Positions 40,680 to 54,794 of a DNA stretch of 64,000 nucleotides are shown piece by piece. The translations under genes were made by a program, and so were the position numbers. The notes under the pieces are model-generated. The model worked only from the letters and a program-made list of their open reading frames with translations, was not told the origin of the DNA and did not search any database. This DNA comes from Octopus vulgaris (Eukaryota), in contig OX597819.1 in the NCBI GenBank assembly GCA_951406725.2, forward strand, positions 15,128,001 to 15,192,000. Reading direction: 5' to 3'. Within the stretch, counting starts at the first letter, position 1. Each line of letters starts with the position of its first letter.

Positions 40680-41045
40680 TCCATGGCGCAAGCCTGGGCG
40701 ATAGAAACGAAGACACTGGGCTGCCCAGACACCAGAATCTCCCTCTCGGCCCCCCAGACATAATCCAAAGGAATGCAGTGCAGTACGTTTGGAGTCTGGT
40801 TGGCTGCAGGAGTTGCCGGAAAGGGGTCGAGATTCGACACCCTACCGCCTTCGGGGCTCCACTCCGGATTTTCTGTCTGGGTTTACTCCCATAGCCTTTC
40901 CCTCTCCCAAGAGCATCCGCATGGCAGCGGAGCGAGGGTTTGGAGTCAGAGTTTTCCTTCTCCTAGACTGGCTGCCAACCAAGTCTAACGAGCCCAGTCT
41001 GCCCACCTGGTTATACCGCCAAGCACCCGGTCGCGCCACACAGCA
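40678..41045 (-). mobile_element. GC-rich RTE-type 5' UTR fragment
   Basis: Minus strand has GGGCAGACTGGGCTCGTTAGACTTGGTTGGCAGCCAGTCTAGGAGAAGGAAAACTCT, a motif I recall from RTE-clade 5' UTRs. Confidence 0.55.
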
Positions 41046-41216
41046 GGCTCAGTGAGAACAGGGGGTACCGCGTGAATGTGCTGCTGTGGACACAGTAGTA
41101 CAGGAGAGGCCGTTAGCAAGAACTTTCCACAAGGCGCAGCCAAGTAGAAGTTCTGCAGCGATCATTACACCTGGAGAGGAGAGGCTATGAGTGAAGCAAT
41201 CACTTTCCTTTGCCCC

Positions 41217-41273
<57 letters not shown>

Positions 41274-41477
41274 GACAGATATACACACGCGCAAACACGC
41301 ACATACACACACACACACATTATGGGTGAGTGCTTTATGTGTATTTATGCATGCATATGTAATGGGGTATAATAAATAGATAAATATACACAGTCAAATG
41401 ATTGAGACAAATAAAAGAATATATATGTATGTGTGTGTGCTTGTGTGTGTGTGTGTGTGTGTGTGTTTGTATGTGTG

Positions 41478-41512
<35 letters not shown>

Positions 41513-41721
41513 GTGTTTGTGTGCGTGTGTGTGTGCTTGTGTGTGTGTGTATGTGTGTGTGTGGAGAGAGAGGGGGAGAGAGGGAGAGATCATGTCAATA
41601 CAATCGTATGAATATATGAATGCATTTATATCTGCATTTCAAACAGAAAAATATACAAATATATATTTAAAAAAAAAAAGATATTTTCACCTGACAATTA
41701 ACGCATGTATGTCGCAGTCTA

Positions 41722-41867
<146 letters not shown>

Positions 41868-42307
41868 ATATATATATATATATACATATATATACATATA
41901 TATATATAAAACATGTGTATGCATTGCCGCAAAGTCTATTGTAGCCTTCATTTCTGGGGCGTTGTGACATTGCAAATGATATAGTTAAAAGATAGACCAA
42001 GAAAACGGAACGAAATTAACTGAAACTCCACCCTTGAACAAGATAAGGGACGTATGTTCCTTGTTTTAATACAAATAAAGCCATATTGTCTTGTTTTGAA
42101 TGGCTGGTGATTAATGGTCATCTAAATCCGTTTTTTTTTTTGTTAATGAAATGTCTATTATTGAAGTTTAACCTTGAATGTAGGTGGGGTGGTTGTATGT
42201 GTGTATGTATGTATGTATGTATGTATGTATGTATGTATGTATGTATGAATGTACGTACGTATGTATCTATGTATGTATATATGTGTAGATAGATAGATTA
42301 GATAGAC

Positions 42308-42358
<51 letters not shown>

Positions 42359-43064
42359 TTGTGGTTAATAAGCTACATATACTTTGGTATATACTCAAAA
42401 GTATTCATAAAACATTCTATCCTTTAGTTATAATTCTTCTTCTTAATAATCCTCTGAATAACCCTAAACTTCAACTTTATACAATATAGCAGTATTATTT
42501 AAAATATTTAACTATAGTACTACATGATAAAATTTCCCCTGTTTTCATTATCAATAGTCTGTTAGTGGCCAGCCCCTTTAATTGTCAGCTAACATCTTGA
42601 TTTAAGTTTTCCTTTACCAAATCCCATGATATTGCTTCAAATAAACCTTGATTTTCATGACTATACCCACTATGCTTTCTGTCGACTCCCTCAGCCCTAC
42701 CCTTAACAGACTCGGCCTTAGATATACACGGATTTGATAAAACTAGTCTATGAATTAAAACTGACCCCATAAAACAGTGACAAGCAAAATCTGTAGCAAG
42801 TCTTTCTTCCTGATACCTTAGTAGCTTCTAAGCTGAAGTGAAGACAGCATGTTCTTTGTCTATCTCCTTAACTTCTTGGAGATGTTAGGTAAAATTATAC
42901 TAATGTGTCCATCTGTTTTAATTTAATTAAATTCTATGTCTTTGTGCAGCTGAGGATTGCTCTGCATTTAAATTGATTTAATGGTTGTATTGTTCAATTA
43001 AATGGAGTTGTGTGAAACGATTGTACTGCATTGCCTCTGGATATCATTGTTGCTTATTTTGATT

Positions 43065-43096
<32 letters not shown>

Positions 43097-43119
43097 GGAT
43101 AGAGAGAGGGTGAAATTAA

Positions 43120-43338
43120 TTATATGGCCGGTCATTGTGTGACCTAAGGTTTTGCATCCGTTAAGCACTTAGCCTAATAGACGGTTCGTCGGACTCTAAT
43201 GGTCGCGGGCATATAAGCTCTTTTCAAATTGGAGATAAAAAAAAAATGATACGGTCAGTTAACTTTGTCCGGCGTGTCGTCTGTAAGGCTAAACGCTTTA
43301 TAGATAAACCATTGGTCACTCTATGACCGGCCATGTGA
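43120..43338. mobile_element. TTAA-flanked MITE with ~75-bp imperfect TIRs
   Basis: TTAA|TTATATGGCCGGTCATTGTGTGACC ... GGTCACTCTATGACCGGCCATGTGA|TTAA. Confidence 0.8.
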
Positions 43339-43416
43339 TTAACTTCTTACAAATACATTACGGATCTAACAATTTGAGTGTGCTTCTCTTTCAGATATAT
43401 TATCTACTGACTGTAA

Positions 43417-43475
<59 letters not shown>

Positions 43476-43617
43476 GTGACAATTATTCGGTAGCCATGAT
43501 AAAACTCCGAGTTTTGGATGTTGGGGCGGAAAACCCACACCGGCATCTCTTCAGTTATCGGGCCATTAAAAAATGCTATGAAAATCGAGGTCTCTTTCAC
43601 TCTTTTCTTGTCTTACC

Positions 43618-43679
<62 letters not shown>

Positions 43680-43693
43680 TGAATATCTATGTG

Positions 43694-43745
<52 letters not shown>

Positions 43746-43767
43746 ATATGTATATTTATGTGCGTAT

Positions 43768-43801
<34 letters not shown>

Positions 43802-43802
43802 A

Positions 43803-43883
<81 letters not shown>

Positions 43884-43907
43884 TTATTCATATATATATA
43901 TTATTCA

Positions 43908-43943
<36 letters not shown>

Positions 43944-43953
43944 TGCATGTACA

Positions 43954-44612
<659 letters not shown>

Positions 44613-45257
44613 TTACAAACGTACACACAGATAATCACGAGTTTAAAATGGTGTATAGTAGACATATATATGTATGTATATACGTGTGTGTGTGTGCGAC
44701 TGTGTGTGAATGTTTCTTTGCGATGGACAGTAGAAAAGCTACTTACCTCCTCTCTCCTTAAAGCTATGTATTCCTCATACCCACCTTTCTTTCCTTTCCT
44801 CGGCGTTTTAAAAGTTAGTTATGTGCATGTGCATGTGTGTGTGTGCGTATCTAGTGTGTGTGTGTGTGTTTGCGTATGTAGTGTGTGTGTGCATGTATCT
44901 ATGTCCTCACGAAAGTATTATGCAGCGTCGCGTGTATATCCGTGAAGGACAGTTGTATTAACGTTATCATCCCATTGCCACTCCATATTTGTTGCTTATA
45001 CGACGCTGTTCTCCCCTTCCCTGATATCAGCCACACTCACTATGCCACCACATTTCCCTCACACTAACACCCTTTGCACCCTTCTAATTTTATCAAATAA
45101 TAGCCCCACCTCCAGGGGCCCATTATAGGTTCTTATTGAAATCCAATTAGCCTATAATTGAATGTTAGTTTAACATATATGCAAACTTACGTCAAGATTT
45201 GTTCACTGGTGTAGGTAGCAAGATGGTAACAGATTGAAATTGCCATTTATGTATAAG

Positions 45258-45408
<151 letters not shown>

Positions 45409-45879
45409 TATTGATAGATACATAGATAGTGATAGAGAGAGAGAGAGGGGCTATGTGTTGTAAATCCAAATATGCCTGGAAATATGGGATTCAAATTGAG
45501 GTCCCAGTAGTACTATGTGGACGCAAAAGGTTTTTGTTTATTTATCCACTTAACTTAATTTATTCAAATTAAACCTGTGTAATTGTTTCTTCTCCTTTTC
45601 TTCTATTTCTTCTGTTTATTTAAATATACCTCTATCGAACCCTTAAATATCAGGTTGCGAAAAAATATTATAATTGCCAGAATTCAATAATCTTGTTTAA
45701 ATATAAAGAAACCTTAAACCACTCTAAGCTTTCACATTTATTCTATTCCTTCGATAAAGTATTCGTATTTGAGGCATCAATGATTATAAACAATAAACGT
45801 AAGATATAAACTCTCGGCTAATCGAAATCACAGCTCATTTTCTATCTCTGCTTAAACTAAATTCATTTTATTGTTGTTA

Positions 45880-45952
<73 letters not shown>

Positions 45953-45956
<4 letters not shown>

Positions 45957-46290
45957 TAGTTTTATTTTTATAGAGTGCTTTCACTTCACTACCGAGCGCA
46001 GCTCTGTGTGCCTTGGGTATGTGCTGTGATTTGCTGTGATGCTCTGATGGTTATTGTATGGAAAGTGTTCTGCGTAGGATGTGTGCAGTGCCTAGTAGTG
46101 CAATTTTCTGTATGTTATATGTGTTTGTAAGTACTGGTGTTTTCGTTATGTATTTGTCTGAATATTTTTTTATCATGCCTAATGCACCTACTATGATAGG
46201 AATTGTTTCTGTTTTATAGATTCCACATTCTGGTTACCTCTGTTTCCAGGTCTTTGTATTTTGAAAGTTTCTCCATTTCTTTTAGAGACA
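45953..46290 (-). mobile_element. R4/Dong-type LINE 3' end in a TAA tract
   Basis: EKLSKYKDLETEVTRMW..IPIIVGALGMIKKYSDKYI..IQKIALLGTAHILRRTLSIQ*. Flanked by ATT/AAT repeats. Confidence 0.88.
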
Positions 46291-46298
46291 TAATAATG

Positions 46299-46369
<71 letters not shown>

Positions 46370-46537
46370 ATTATTATTATTATTATTATTATTTAACGTG
46401 ACAGTCCCGTAAAAGGAATCACACCCCCCCGCTATTTAGCCCTAGGAAGCATCGACGCTTCCTGTCGGCTTTGACACATTTCCTGTCTCCTTATGTTTAC
46501 GAAGGGGAGACAAGCACCCCCAACAGCTAGGCCTGCA

Positions 46538-46583
46538 TCCAGAGACATGCATGTTTCTGAGACTTGCTCATCATCAGTCTGGA
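46538..46583 (-). ncRNA. Type-I hammerhead ribozyme with palindromic stem III
   Basis: Minus strand: TCCAGA-CTGATGA-TGAG(CAAGT)CTCA-GAA-ACATGCATGT-C-TCTGGA. Perfect 6-bp stem I, 4-bp stem II, GUC cleavage triplet. Confidence 0.85.
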
Positions 46584-46721
46584 GTAGCATGGCCTGCTAG
46601 CTGAAGATGCTTGTAAAGCCTTCGTAAACATATATATATTTTCAGGGAAGTTTATTCACTGATCACCAAAATTAGAGATATTAAATTTCTAAATATCTCA
46701 GAGAGATATGACCGATGCTAC

Positions 46722-46767
46722 ACCAAACTGATGATGAGCAAGACTCAGAAACGTGCATGTTTCTGGA
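46722..46767 (+). ncRNA. Second, more decayed hammerhead copy
   Basis: ACCAAA-CTGATGA-TGAG(CAAGA)CTCA-GAA-ACGTGCATGT-T-TCTGGA. Core intact, two stem I mismatches. Confidence 0.7.
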
Positions 46768-46967
46768 TGCAGGCCTAGCTGTTGGGGGTGCTTGTCTCCC
46801 CTTTGTAAACATAAGGACACAGGAAATGTCGATGTTTCCTAGGGCTAAATAGCGGTGGTGTGATTCCCTTTACGGGACTGTCACGTTAAGTTGACAGTAT
46901 ACAACCGCTCTATCGTTCCATCACCGCCCATATCTCTCTGAGATATTTAGAAATTTAATATTTCTAA

Positions 46968-47026
<59 letters not shown>

Positions 47027-47558
47027 GAGTGAGAGAGCAGTGTATGCCATCAAAGTGACACTGGGGTAAAATATACGAAGCCCAATATACCCGTCATGAC
47101 TACCTGTCTGATAAGGGTACACCAGGCACATGCATCACAACCATATGTGCGCCACATGGTGATCTCATATCAAGATAAACAGCACATGACCTTGCAGGTG
47201 GGGCCCAGTTAGAATTTTCTTCAGGTCGAATAATCCATCCTGCTCAAAAGGTCCCTGCATAAGGGTTGTTTAAGGATGTTGAAAGAACCACCCATGTTTC
47301 CAGAGGTGAATCATTCAAACCCCAAAGAATCCCTCTCGACACATGGCTATGATGCTCCCCCACTACTTCTGCTCGCGATCAGAGATGCACATATCGTCAG
47401 CCACTAAGGGACATGCTCAACTGGTTAAGGTCAAACAACTGACAAGCAAATCTGTGGTATTGAGCAGAATATTTGCTGTATCCTATCTTTTATACCAAGA
47501 CAAAACAATGTACATGATAACACTTCCAATCAGTTATGATCAGAAGCCATGAGAGCCA
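47027..47558. mobile_element. Unclassified ~530-bp insert within an (ATT)n tract
   Basis: Sharp boundaries with ATT repeats on both sides and no ORF. Single copy in the window, so the mobile-element call is inferred. Confidence 0.45.
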
Positions 47559-47620
<62 letters not shown>

Positions 47621-47745
47621 TATGTTTGACTTTTGCTTTATGTCTGTACAAGTTGGCTCCCACGTTAAGTTGACAGTATACAACCGCTCTATCGTTCCAC
47701 CACCGCTCATATCTCTCTGAGATATTTAGAAATTTAATATTTCTA

Positions 47746-47823
<78 letters not shown>

Positions 47824-47824
<1 letters not shown>

Positions 47825-48136
47825 TATGTTTGACTTTTGCTTTATGTCTGTACAAGTTGGCTCCAAGTCTCACCCAGAGACCTCAAGAGACAACAGGTTG
47901 GAAGTTCACGTTGTTGTTATGCCTAGTGTGCCATATATTTGGGGGGTTTTTTGGTGCTGTACTAGTGAATGTCTAATACATAAATTAAAAAAAAAAAAAG
48001 TTTGTTTTAAACCTTGGGATTACATAGAGAGTATTTTGCGTAGGATATGAGCAGTTCCCATGAGCACTATCTTTTGAATTTCTGCCATTTTGGGGTTTCC
48101 TGGTATCTGAGTTAGGTAGCAATCAGCCCCTTTCGC
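47824..48136 (-). mobile_element. R4/Dong-type LINE 3' end (family of 29028-29310)
   Basis: KGADCYLTQIPGNPKMAEIQKIVLMGTAHILRKILSM* plus 3' UTR, flanked by (ATT)n. Its terminal ~41 bp is duplicated at 47620-47660. Confidence 0.88.
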
Positions 48137-48142
48137 TTATTA

Positions 48143-48207
<65 letters not shown>

Positions 48208-48644
48208 TCACTGCTTCATTTTGCTTGTGGTTTTGATTGGTTATCTCAACATCATAACAACTGACTGGTTGGCTGGCTGATTGATTCTTCTTTTCTCCAG
48301 TCACACTCTACGCGATATAACTCGATAGTGAGAGAGGATAGAAGAGACACACAGACATCAAGTAAGTGAGCAGCGTAAGTGCTCATTCTAGGCTTGGTAG
48401 CAAACAATGAGTAAAAGAACGCTACGCATTCATGCATCCAGTGGTAGCTAATGAACCATGGGCAGAGAAGGAGGAGAAGAGGGAAAAAAACGATCGAGTT
48501 GCTATGGAAGCAAATATACGAATCAGAAATTTGTTTTATTTTTATCTGATTTTAAAGTAATAAGTATTACTGTTTTGAAAATTAGAAAACATTTCCTAAT
48601 TTTGTATAAACACCAAAACAAAAATATTTTTAAATCTTTTTAAA

Positions 48645-48801
48645 ATAGTGACTGTGTGGTAAATAGCTTGCTTACAAACCACATTGTACCGGGTTCAGTC
48701 CCACTGCGTGGCATCTTGGGCAAGTGTCTTCTACTATAACCTCGGGCCGACCAAAGCCTTGTGAGTGCATTTGGTAGACGGAAACTGAAAGAAGCCCGTC
48801 C

Positions 48802-48836
<35 letters not shown>

Positions 48837-48921
48837 CTGTGTTTGCCCCCCACCATCGCTTGAGAATTGATGCTGGTGTGTTTACGTCCCCGTAACTTAG
48901 CCGTTCGGCAAAAGAGACCGA
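48645..48921 (+). mobile_element. SINE family A, 3' truncated
   Basis: Family match. Confidence 0.88.
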
Positions 48922-49290
48922 TATTTCAAAACTATCTTTTGAATATTTAAAAAATATAAAAATATTTTTTTAATATTTTTTAAAATACTTTAAAATGTAA
49001 AAATATTTTTAAATATTTTTAAAAATCTAAAAATATTTGTTAAATATTTTTAAAATATGAGAATATTTTTACAATATTATTAAAATATTTTTTTAATTTT
49101 TAATATTTTTTAAAACATTTAAAAATATATAAATATTTTTTAAATGTTTTTAAGAATATTTTTAAAACATTAAAATATTTTTAAATGTTTTTTAAATATT
49201 TAAAAAGTGTAAAAATATTTTTTAAATATTTTTAGATATTTTTTTTTAGATTTTAAAAATATTTTTTTAATATTCTAACATTTTTTGAGA
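48922..49290. repeat. AT-rich array of AAAATATTTT-like quasi-palindromes
   Basis: Seen directly. Confidence 0.85.
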
Positions 49291-49655
49291 ATTAAAAATA
49301 AAAATAATAAATGAGTGGAATTAAATCTGTTTGACTCTCCCCAGACACAACATAATAATTATTGTATATCTGCCATATTTCCTGATATTACCCAGGGTGG
49401 CAAAAATATACTTCCAAATTTACCCGGCGTCAAAGGATGGTAACACACTAGCATGTATATCTTTTATGTTTCATTTCTTTCAGTCATTGAACTGCGGACA
49501 AGCTGGAGCACCGCCTTCTAGAATTTTAGTCGAAAAAATCCACCCTAGTACTTATTTTTTTGTCGAACCGCTAGGTCACGGGGACGTGAAAAAAACCAAC
49601 ACCGGTTTTCAAACGGTGGTGGGGAAAAACATAGCCACAAAGACACACATAACTG

Positions 49656-49742
<87 letters not shown>

Positions 49743-50543
49743 GTGTGTGTTTAAAGAAATTGGGATAAGAAGGCCATAAACAGTTGTTATGAACTTCATT
49801 AGCTTACAACCGTTTCTGCTATAAGGTGCAATGCACTGATAAGTTGAGTGTTTGAGTATCATCCTATAGCTTCACCAGAGCTTCAAACATGAAGAGCAAT
49901 TAATTTGGGGAAAACATTTACATCTTTGCTGGGTTCTCAGGAAGTGGTGATGAAAAAGCCGAAGGTGGAGAATTGATGATTATAGTCAAGAAGGGACCCA
50001 TACAATAAAATATATCTTCTTTCATTTGGGTAAGAGATTAGAATTTCCCTCCTGCAGTTTAGGTAGATGTCTGGATGCTGAGAATTTTTGACTATGGTAC
50101 CTTTCTCGGCTTAGCATAATCTGACAACTTATATATTCTAGCAATGATAATATTTCACCCATTAAGATAGTAATAAATATGTTGAGATTCCAACCTTATA
50201 TCAATATCGTCCCATTCTTGCGTAATTGTCTAAAAGATGATGTGCTTCATAAGCGGTTCCGGCGTTGGAGTGGTAACATCACTAAAATACATCTGTTAAA
50301 CGTATATCAGGAGGGTCAGTTTAGTAGAGCCCATCTTCGTTCAATTTATGCCCGTTGGAGTGACTGAAATAGGCACAGCAAATTAACGAAGCGCTGATGC
50401 TGCTTCTATGAGTAAGTTCTGTTCTGAGTTTCCCTTATCCTGGGACCCTCAAGCTAGATGAACTGAAGTGTTTCAAAATTGAGTCACTTGGTCAAGAATA
50501 TAACATAGAGTTATGAATAGGAAACGAACCATTTTTCTCACTT

Positions 50544-50582
<39 letters not shown>

Positions 50583-50587
<5 letters not shown>

Positions 50588-50975
50588 GCTGTGTAGTAAG
50601 TAGCTTACTTACCAACCACATGGTTCCGGGTTCAGTCCCACTTCGTGGCACCTTAGGCAAGTGTCTTCTACTTCGGGCCGACCAAAGCCTTGTTAGTGGA
50701 TTTGGTAGACAGAAACTGAAAGAAGCCCGTCGTATATATGTACATATATATGTATGTGCGTGTATATGTTTCTGTATCTGTGTTCGTCCCCCAAAATCGC
50801 TTGACAACCGATGCTGGTGTATTTACGTCCACATAACTTCGCGGTTCGGCAAAAGAGACCTATAGAATAAATGCTAGGCTTAAAAAGAATAAGCCCTGGG
50901 GTCGATTTACTCGACTAAAGGCGGTGCTTCAGCATGGCCGCAGTCACATGACTGAAACAAGTAAAGAGTAAAGAG

Positions 50976-50978
<3 letters not shown>
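50583..50978 (+). mobile_element. SINE family A
   Basis: Family match. Confidence 0.9.
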
Positions 50979-51037
<59 letters not shown>

Positions 51038-51053
51038 TATAGTAGAGTAAAGA

Positions 51054-51169
<116 letters not shown>

Positions 51170-51208
51170 ATATATATGTATGTATATATATATATGTGTA
51201 TATATATA

Positions 51209-51263
<55 letters not shown>

Positions 51264-52159
51264 GATAGGTGTCTAATATTTTTATCAATTCTATGCACGA
51301 ACTATTTTTGTAATCGCCATCGTAATGGAGATAAAAGGAGTCTGCACCCACTTTCGATTTTGTTTTTGTTTTTGTTTTTTCAAACTCTTTCTTTTAACTG
51401 TCCAATTGTAAATTCCCTTTTAAAAGCCTCAAGCTTTATGTCAAAACAACGATAAAATATTTAGTTTTTCATTTGATTCCAATCATGTTTAAACAGGAAC
51501 CAGTATCAACTGTTAGTCCGAGAGACCGATTTATATTGTAGGATCCAAACTGAATATTTTTTTTAAGGTCTGGGAAACTCCCTTCGGTCCATGTATCAAA
51601 GGTAAGAACGAGAGCAATTTTTAAATTAATAAAACCACGACCACATCCACACTTTGTCTCGTGAATAAGTTTTGATTATTAATTAAATAGTAATAAAAGT
51701 GAATACATTTCAAATAATTAAATAATTAACATGCATAGATGGAAGAGAAATTGATTGCGACATATTTATTATTTATCTAAACAATTAGGATGACTGCTGC
51801 CGAACAAAACGTTATTCGGTGTTTCGTTTGTTTAGTTCGAATCTCACGGGGTCGATTTATTTTTCATCTTTGTAAAGTGAATTCAGTAAATAACAAAGCC
51901 ATAGTAGAGTCAATTCTTTACACTCAACCGCTCCTTTATATATGTGGTTTTGTATACAACAGAGTTTGAAATTAGCTTTCTATCGTTTCGATTTTTCTAT
52001 ATTGCATTTCAAAAGAAAACTCAGCATTTTATCGTCTTGATTCGCACTTTTTGTTTTCCTTTATTTTTTATTGACGTAGGCAACAACACTTGATATAGGA
52101 TCGAACCACATAACATGCACAACCGAGCGGCATGATATTTCACACCATATCACAATTAT

Positions 52160-52728
52160 TGTATTCTTTTCTACTTTAGGCACAAGGCCCGAAATTTTGG
52201 GGGACGGGGACAAAATTTAATTTATGCACCCCTAAAGGATGAAAGTCAAAGTCGACTCCAGCTGTATTTGAACTCAAAACGTAAAGACAGACGAAATACC
52301 TATTTCTTTACTACACACAAGGGGCTAAATACAGAGAGGACAAACAATTACAGACAGACGGATTAAGCCGATTATATCGACCCCAGTGCGTAACTGGCAC
52401 TTAATTTATCGACCCCTAAAGGATGAAAGTCAAAGTCGACCTCGGCGGAATTTGAACTCAGAACGTAAAGACAGACGAAATACCTATTTCTTTACTACCC
52501 ACAAGGGGCTAAATACAGAGAGGATAAACAAGGACAGACAGACAGACAGACAGACGCATTAAGCCGATTATATCGACCCCAGTGCGTAACTGGTACTTAA
52601 TTAATCGACCCCGAAATAATGAAAGGCAAAGTCGACCTCTGCGGAATTTGAACTCAGGACGTAACGGCAGACGAAATACGGCTACGCATTTCGCCCGGCG
52701 TGCTAACGTTTCTGCCAGCTCGCCGCCT
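52160..52728 (-). mobile_element. SINE family B trimer with terminal tail
   Basis: Head at 52728, three units, tail ..GGGCCTTGTGCCTAAAGTAGAAAAGAATA. Confidence 0.9.
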
Positions 52729-53044
52729 TCCAGAATTAATGTATTAAAGAAGACACATGTAGCAATTTTACAACTATTAAATTCGTGTGTTTAAGCGAGA
52801 ATAAAATGCTATCGTATACATGTGGAGTAGCTTCTGTTTGGTAATTGGCTGCATTCTACAACACCTCGTTACATTCCGAAGGAAAAGTCTGAGCGATTTA
52901 GAAACACGACCAGGAGACATATACCATGTCTTATGAACGAAAATAAAACAGAAAAGAGAAAAAGAAACATCCAAGTGATTTCAAGATAACAAAACTGGCT
53001 TTAATTTCCTTAATTTTGTGATTGATGTGGAATGACTTACATAC

Positions 53045-53921
53045 GTCCTGTCTCTTCGCTCCAACCTTTGACCCACGGGTGTCCTGTCTCTTCGCTCCAA
53101 CCTTTGACCCACGGGTTTCCTGTCTCTTCGCTTCAACCTCTGACCCACGGGTGTCCTGTCTCTTCGCTTCAACCTTTGACCTACGGGTGTCCTGTCTCTT
53201 CGCTTCAACCTCTGACCCACGGGTGTCCTGTCTCTTCGCTTCAACCTTTGACCTACGGGTGTCCTGTCTCTTCGCTCCAACCTTTGACCCACGGGTGTCC
53301 TGTCTCTTCGCTTCAACCTCTGACCCACGGGTGTCCTGTCTCTTCGCTTCAACCTCTGACCCACGGGTGTCCTGTCTCTTCGCTTCAACCTTTGACCTAC
53401 GGGTGTCCTGTCTCTTCGCTTCAACCTCTGACCCACGGGTGTCCTGTCTCTTCGCTTCAACCTTTGACCTACGGGTGTCCTGTCTCTTCGCTTCAACCTC
53501 TGACCCATGGGTGTACTGTCGCTTCGCTTCAACCTCTGACCCACGGGTGTCCTGTCTCTTCGCTTCAACCTCTGACCCACGGGTGTCCTGTCTCTTCGCT
53601 TCAACCTCTGACCCACGGGTGTCCTGTCTCTTCGCTCCAACCTTTGACCCACGGGTGTCCTGTCTCTTCGCTTCAACCTTTGACCTACAGGTGTCCTGTC
53701 TCTTCGCTTCAACCTCTGACCCACAGGTGTCCTGTCTCTTCGCTCCAACCTTTGACCCACGGGTGTCCTGTCTCTTCGCTTCAACCTTTGACCTACAGGT
53801 GTCCTGTCTCTTCGCTTCAACCTTTGACCTACGGGTGTCCTGTCTCTTCGCTTCAACCTCTGACCCACGGGTGTCCTGTCTCTTCGCTTCAACCTTTGAC
53901 CTACGGGTGTCCTGTCTCTTC
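53045..53921. repeat. 36-bp minisatellite, ~24 copies (GTCCTGTCTCTTCGCTTCAACCTYTGACCYACGGGT)
   Basis: Seen directly. Explains the four long ORFs here. Confidence 0.97.
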
Positions 53922-54205
53922 TCTCTACTTTTCTGCATTGAACTTCTCTCCTCGGAGCTCCCTTGTCTTATGTCATCTCCCTTCAGATCTTTCCACTTCT
54001 CCTCCTCTCATCCCCACTATTCTCTCTTTTATACCGCATACTCCATCTCAACCCACCCACGCCCTTACAAATCCCTGCTCATCTCATAGCAGTGTATGGC
54101 AACTAAAATGGGAAGGATTTGATAAGTATTTAACGTACGAAGAAGTACGATATTATAAGCGTTTATGAGAACCAAGTATGGATTATTTGTGTATATTACT
54201 AAAAT

Positions 54206-54583
54206 GTGGAGGCGCAATGGCCCTGTGGTTAGGGCAGCGGACTCGCGGTCGTAGGATCGCAATTTCGATGCCCAGACCGGGCGTTGTGAGAGTTTATTGG
54301 GCGAAAACACCTAAAGCTCCACGATGCTCCGGCATGGGGTAGTGTTGAACCCTGCTGTACTCTTTCATCATAACTTTCACTCTTTCTTCCTGTTTCTGTT
54401 ATACCTGTATTGCAAAGGGCCAGCCTTGTCACACTCTGTGTCACGCCGAATCTCCCTGAGAACTATGTTAAGGGTACATGTATCTGTGGAGTACTCAGCC
54501 ACTTGCACGTTAATTTCACGAGCAGTCTGTTCCGTGGATCGGATCAACTGGAACCCTCGTCGTCGTAACCGACGGAGTGCCAC
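54206..54583 (+). mobile_element. SINE family C (diverged subfamily)
   Basis: Family match. TSD ATTACT[A/G]AAAT at 54195-54205 and 54585-54595. Confidence 0.9.
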
Positions 54584-54794
54584 GATTACTGAAATAGGGG
54601 ATTCTTAGGAGATTAGTAAAATTAGAATCATCTGGATTAACTGAGATTTGTCCAGCAGTTTAATGTTGATGTGCATTTGCAGTTGGAAGCAAGCTAAATC
54701 CAGAAGCCTAAGATAATTGTTTAGATAATGGTTAAAAAGTTCTACATGATAGGAAATCATTTTGATATTTATGAAAATTACTGTAGACCTTTGC

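Larger units (their letters stand above)
46393..46968. mobile_element. Foldback element with two inverted hammerhead-bearing arms
   Basis: 46393-46590 is the reverse complement of 46715-46889. A second overlapping inverted pair lies at 46671-46710 / 46929-46968. Bounded by (ATT)n on both sides. Confidence 0.85.

Noticed and set aside
42570-42890. Coding-like minus-strand stretch (..AISWDLVKE..)
   Set aside because: It contains stops. It may be an old LTR-retrotransposon pol remnant, but there is no diagnostic motif.
49900-50010. KAEGGELMIIVKKG resembling a kinase or LINE endonuclease motif
   Set aside because: Too short and bounded by stops to assign.
53045-53921. 36-bp repeats as a CRISPR array
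   Set aside because: Units are directly adjacent with no unique spacers, there are no cas genes, and the context is eukaryotic.
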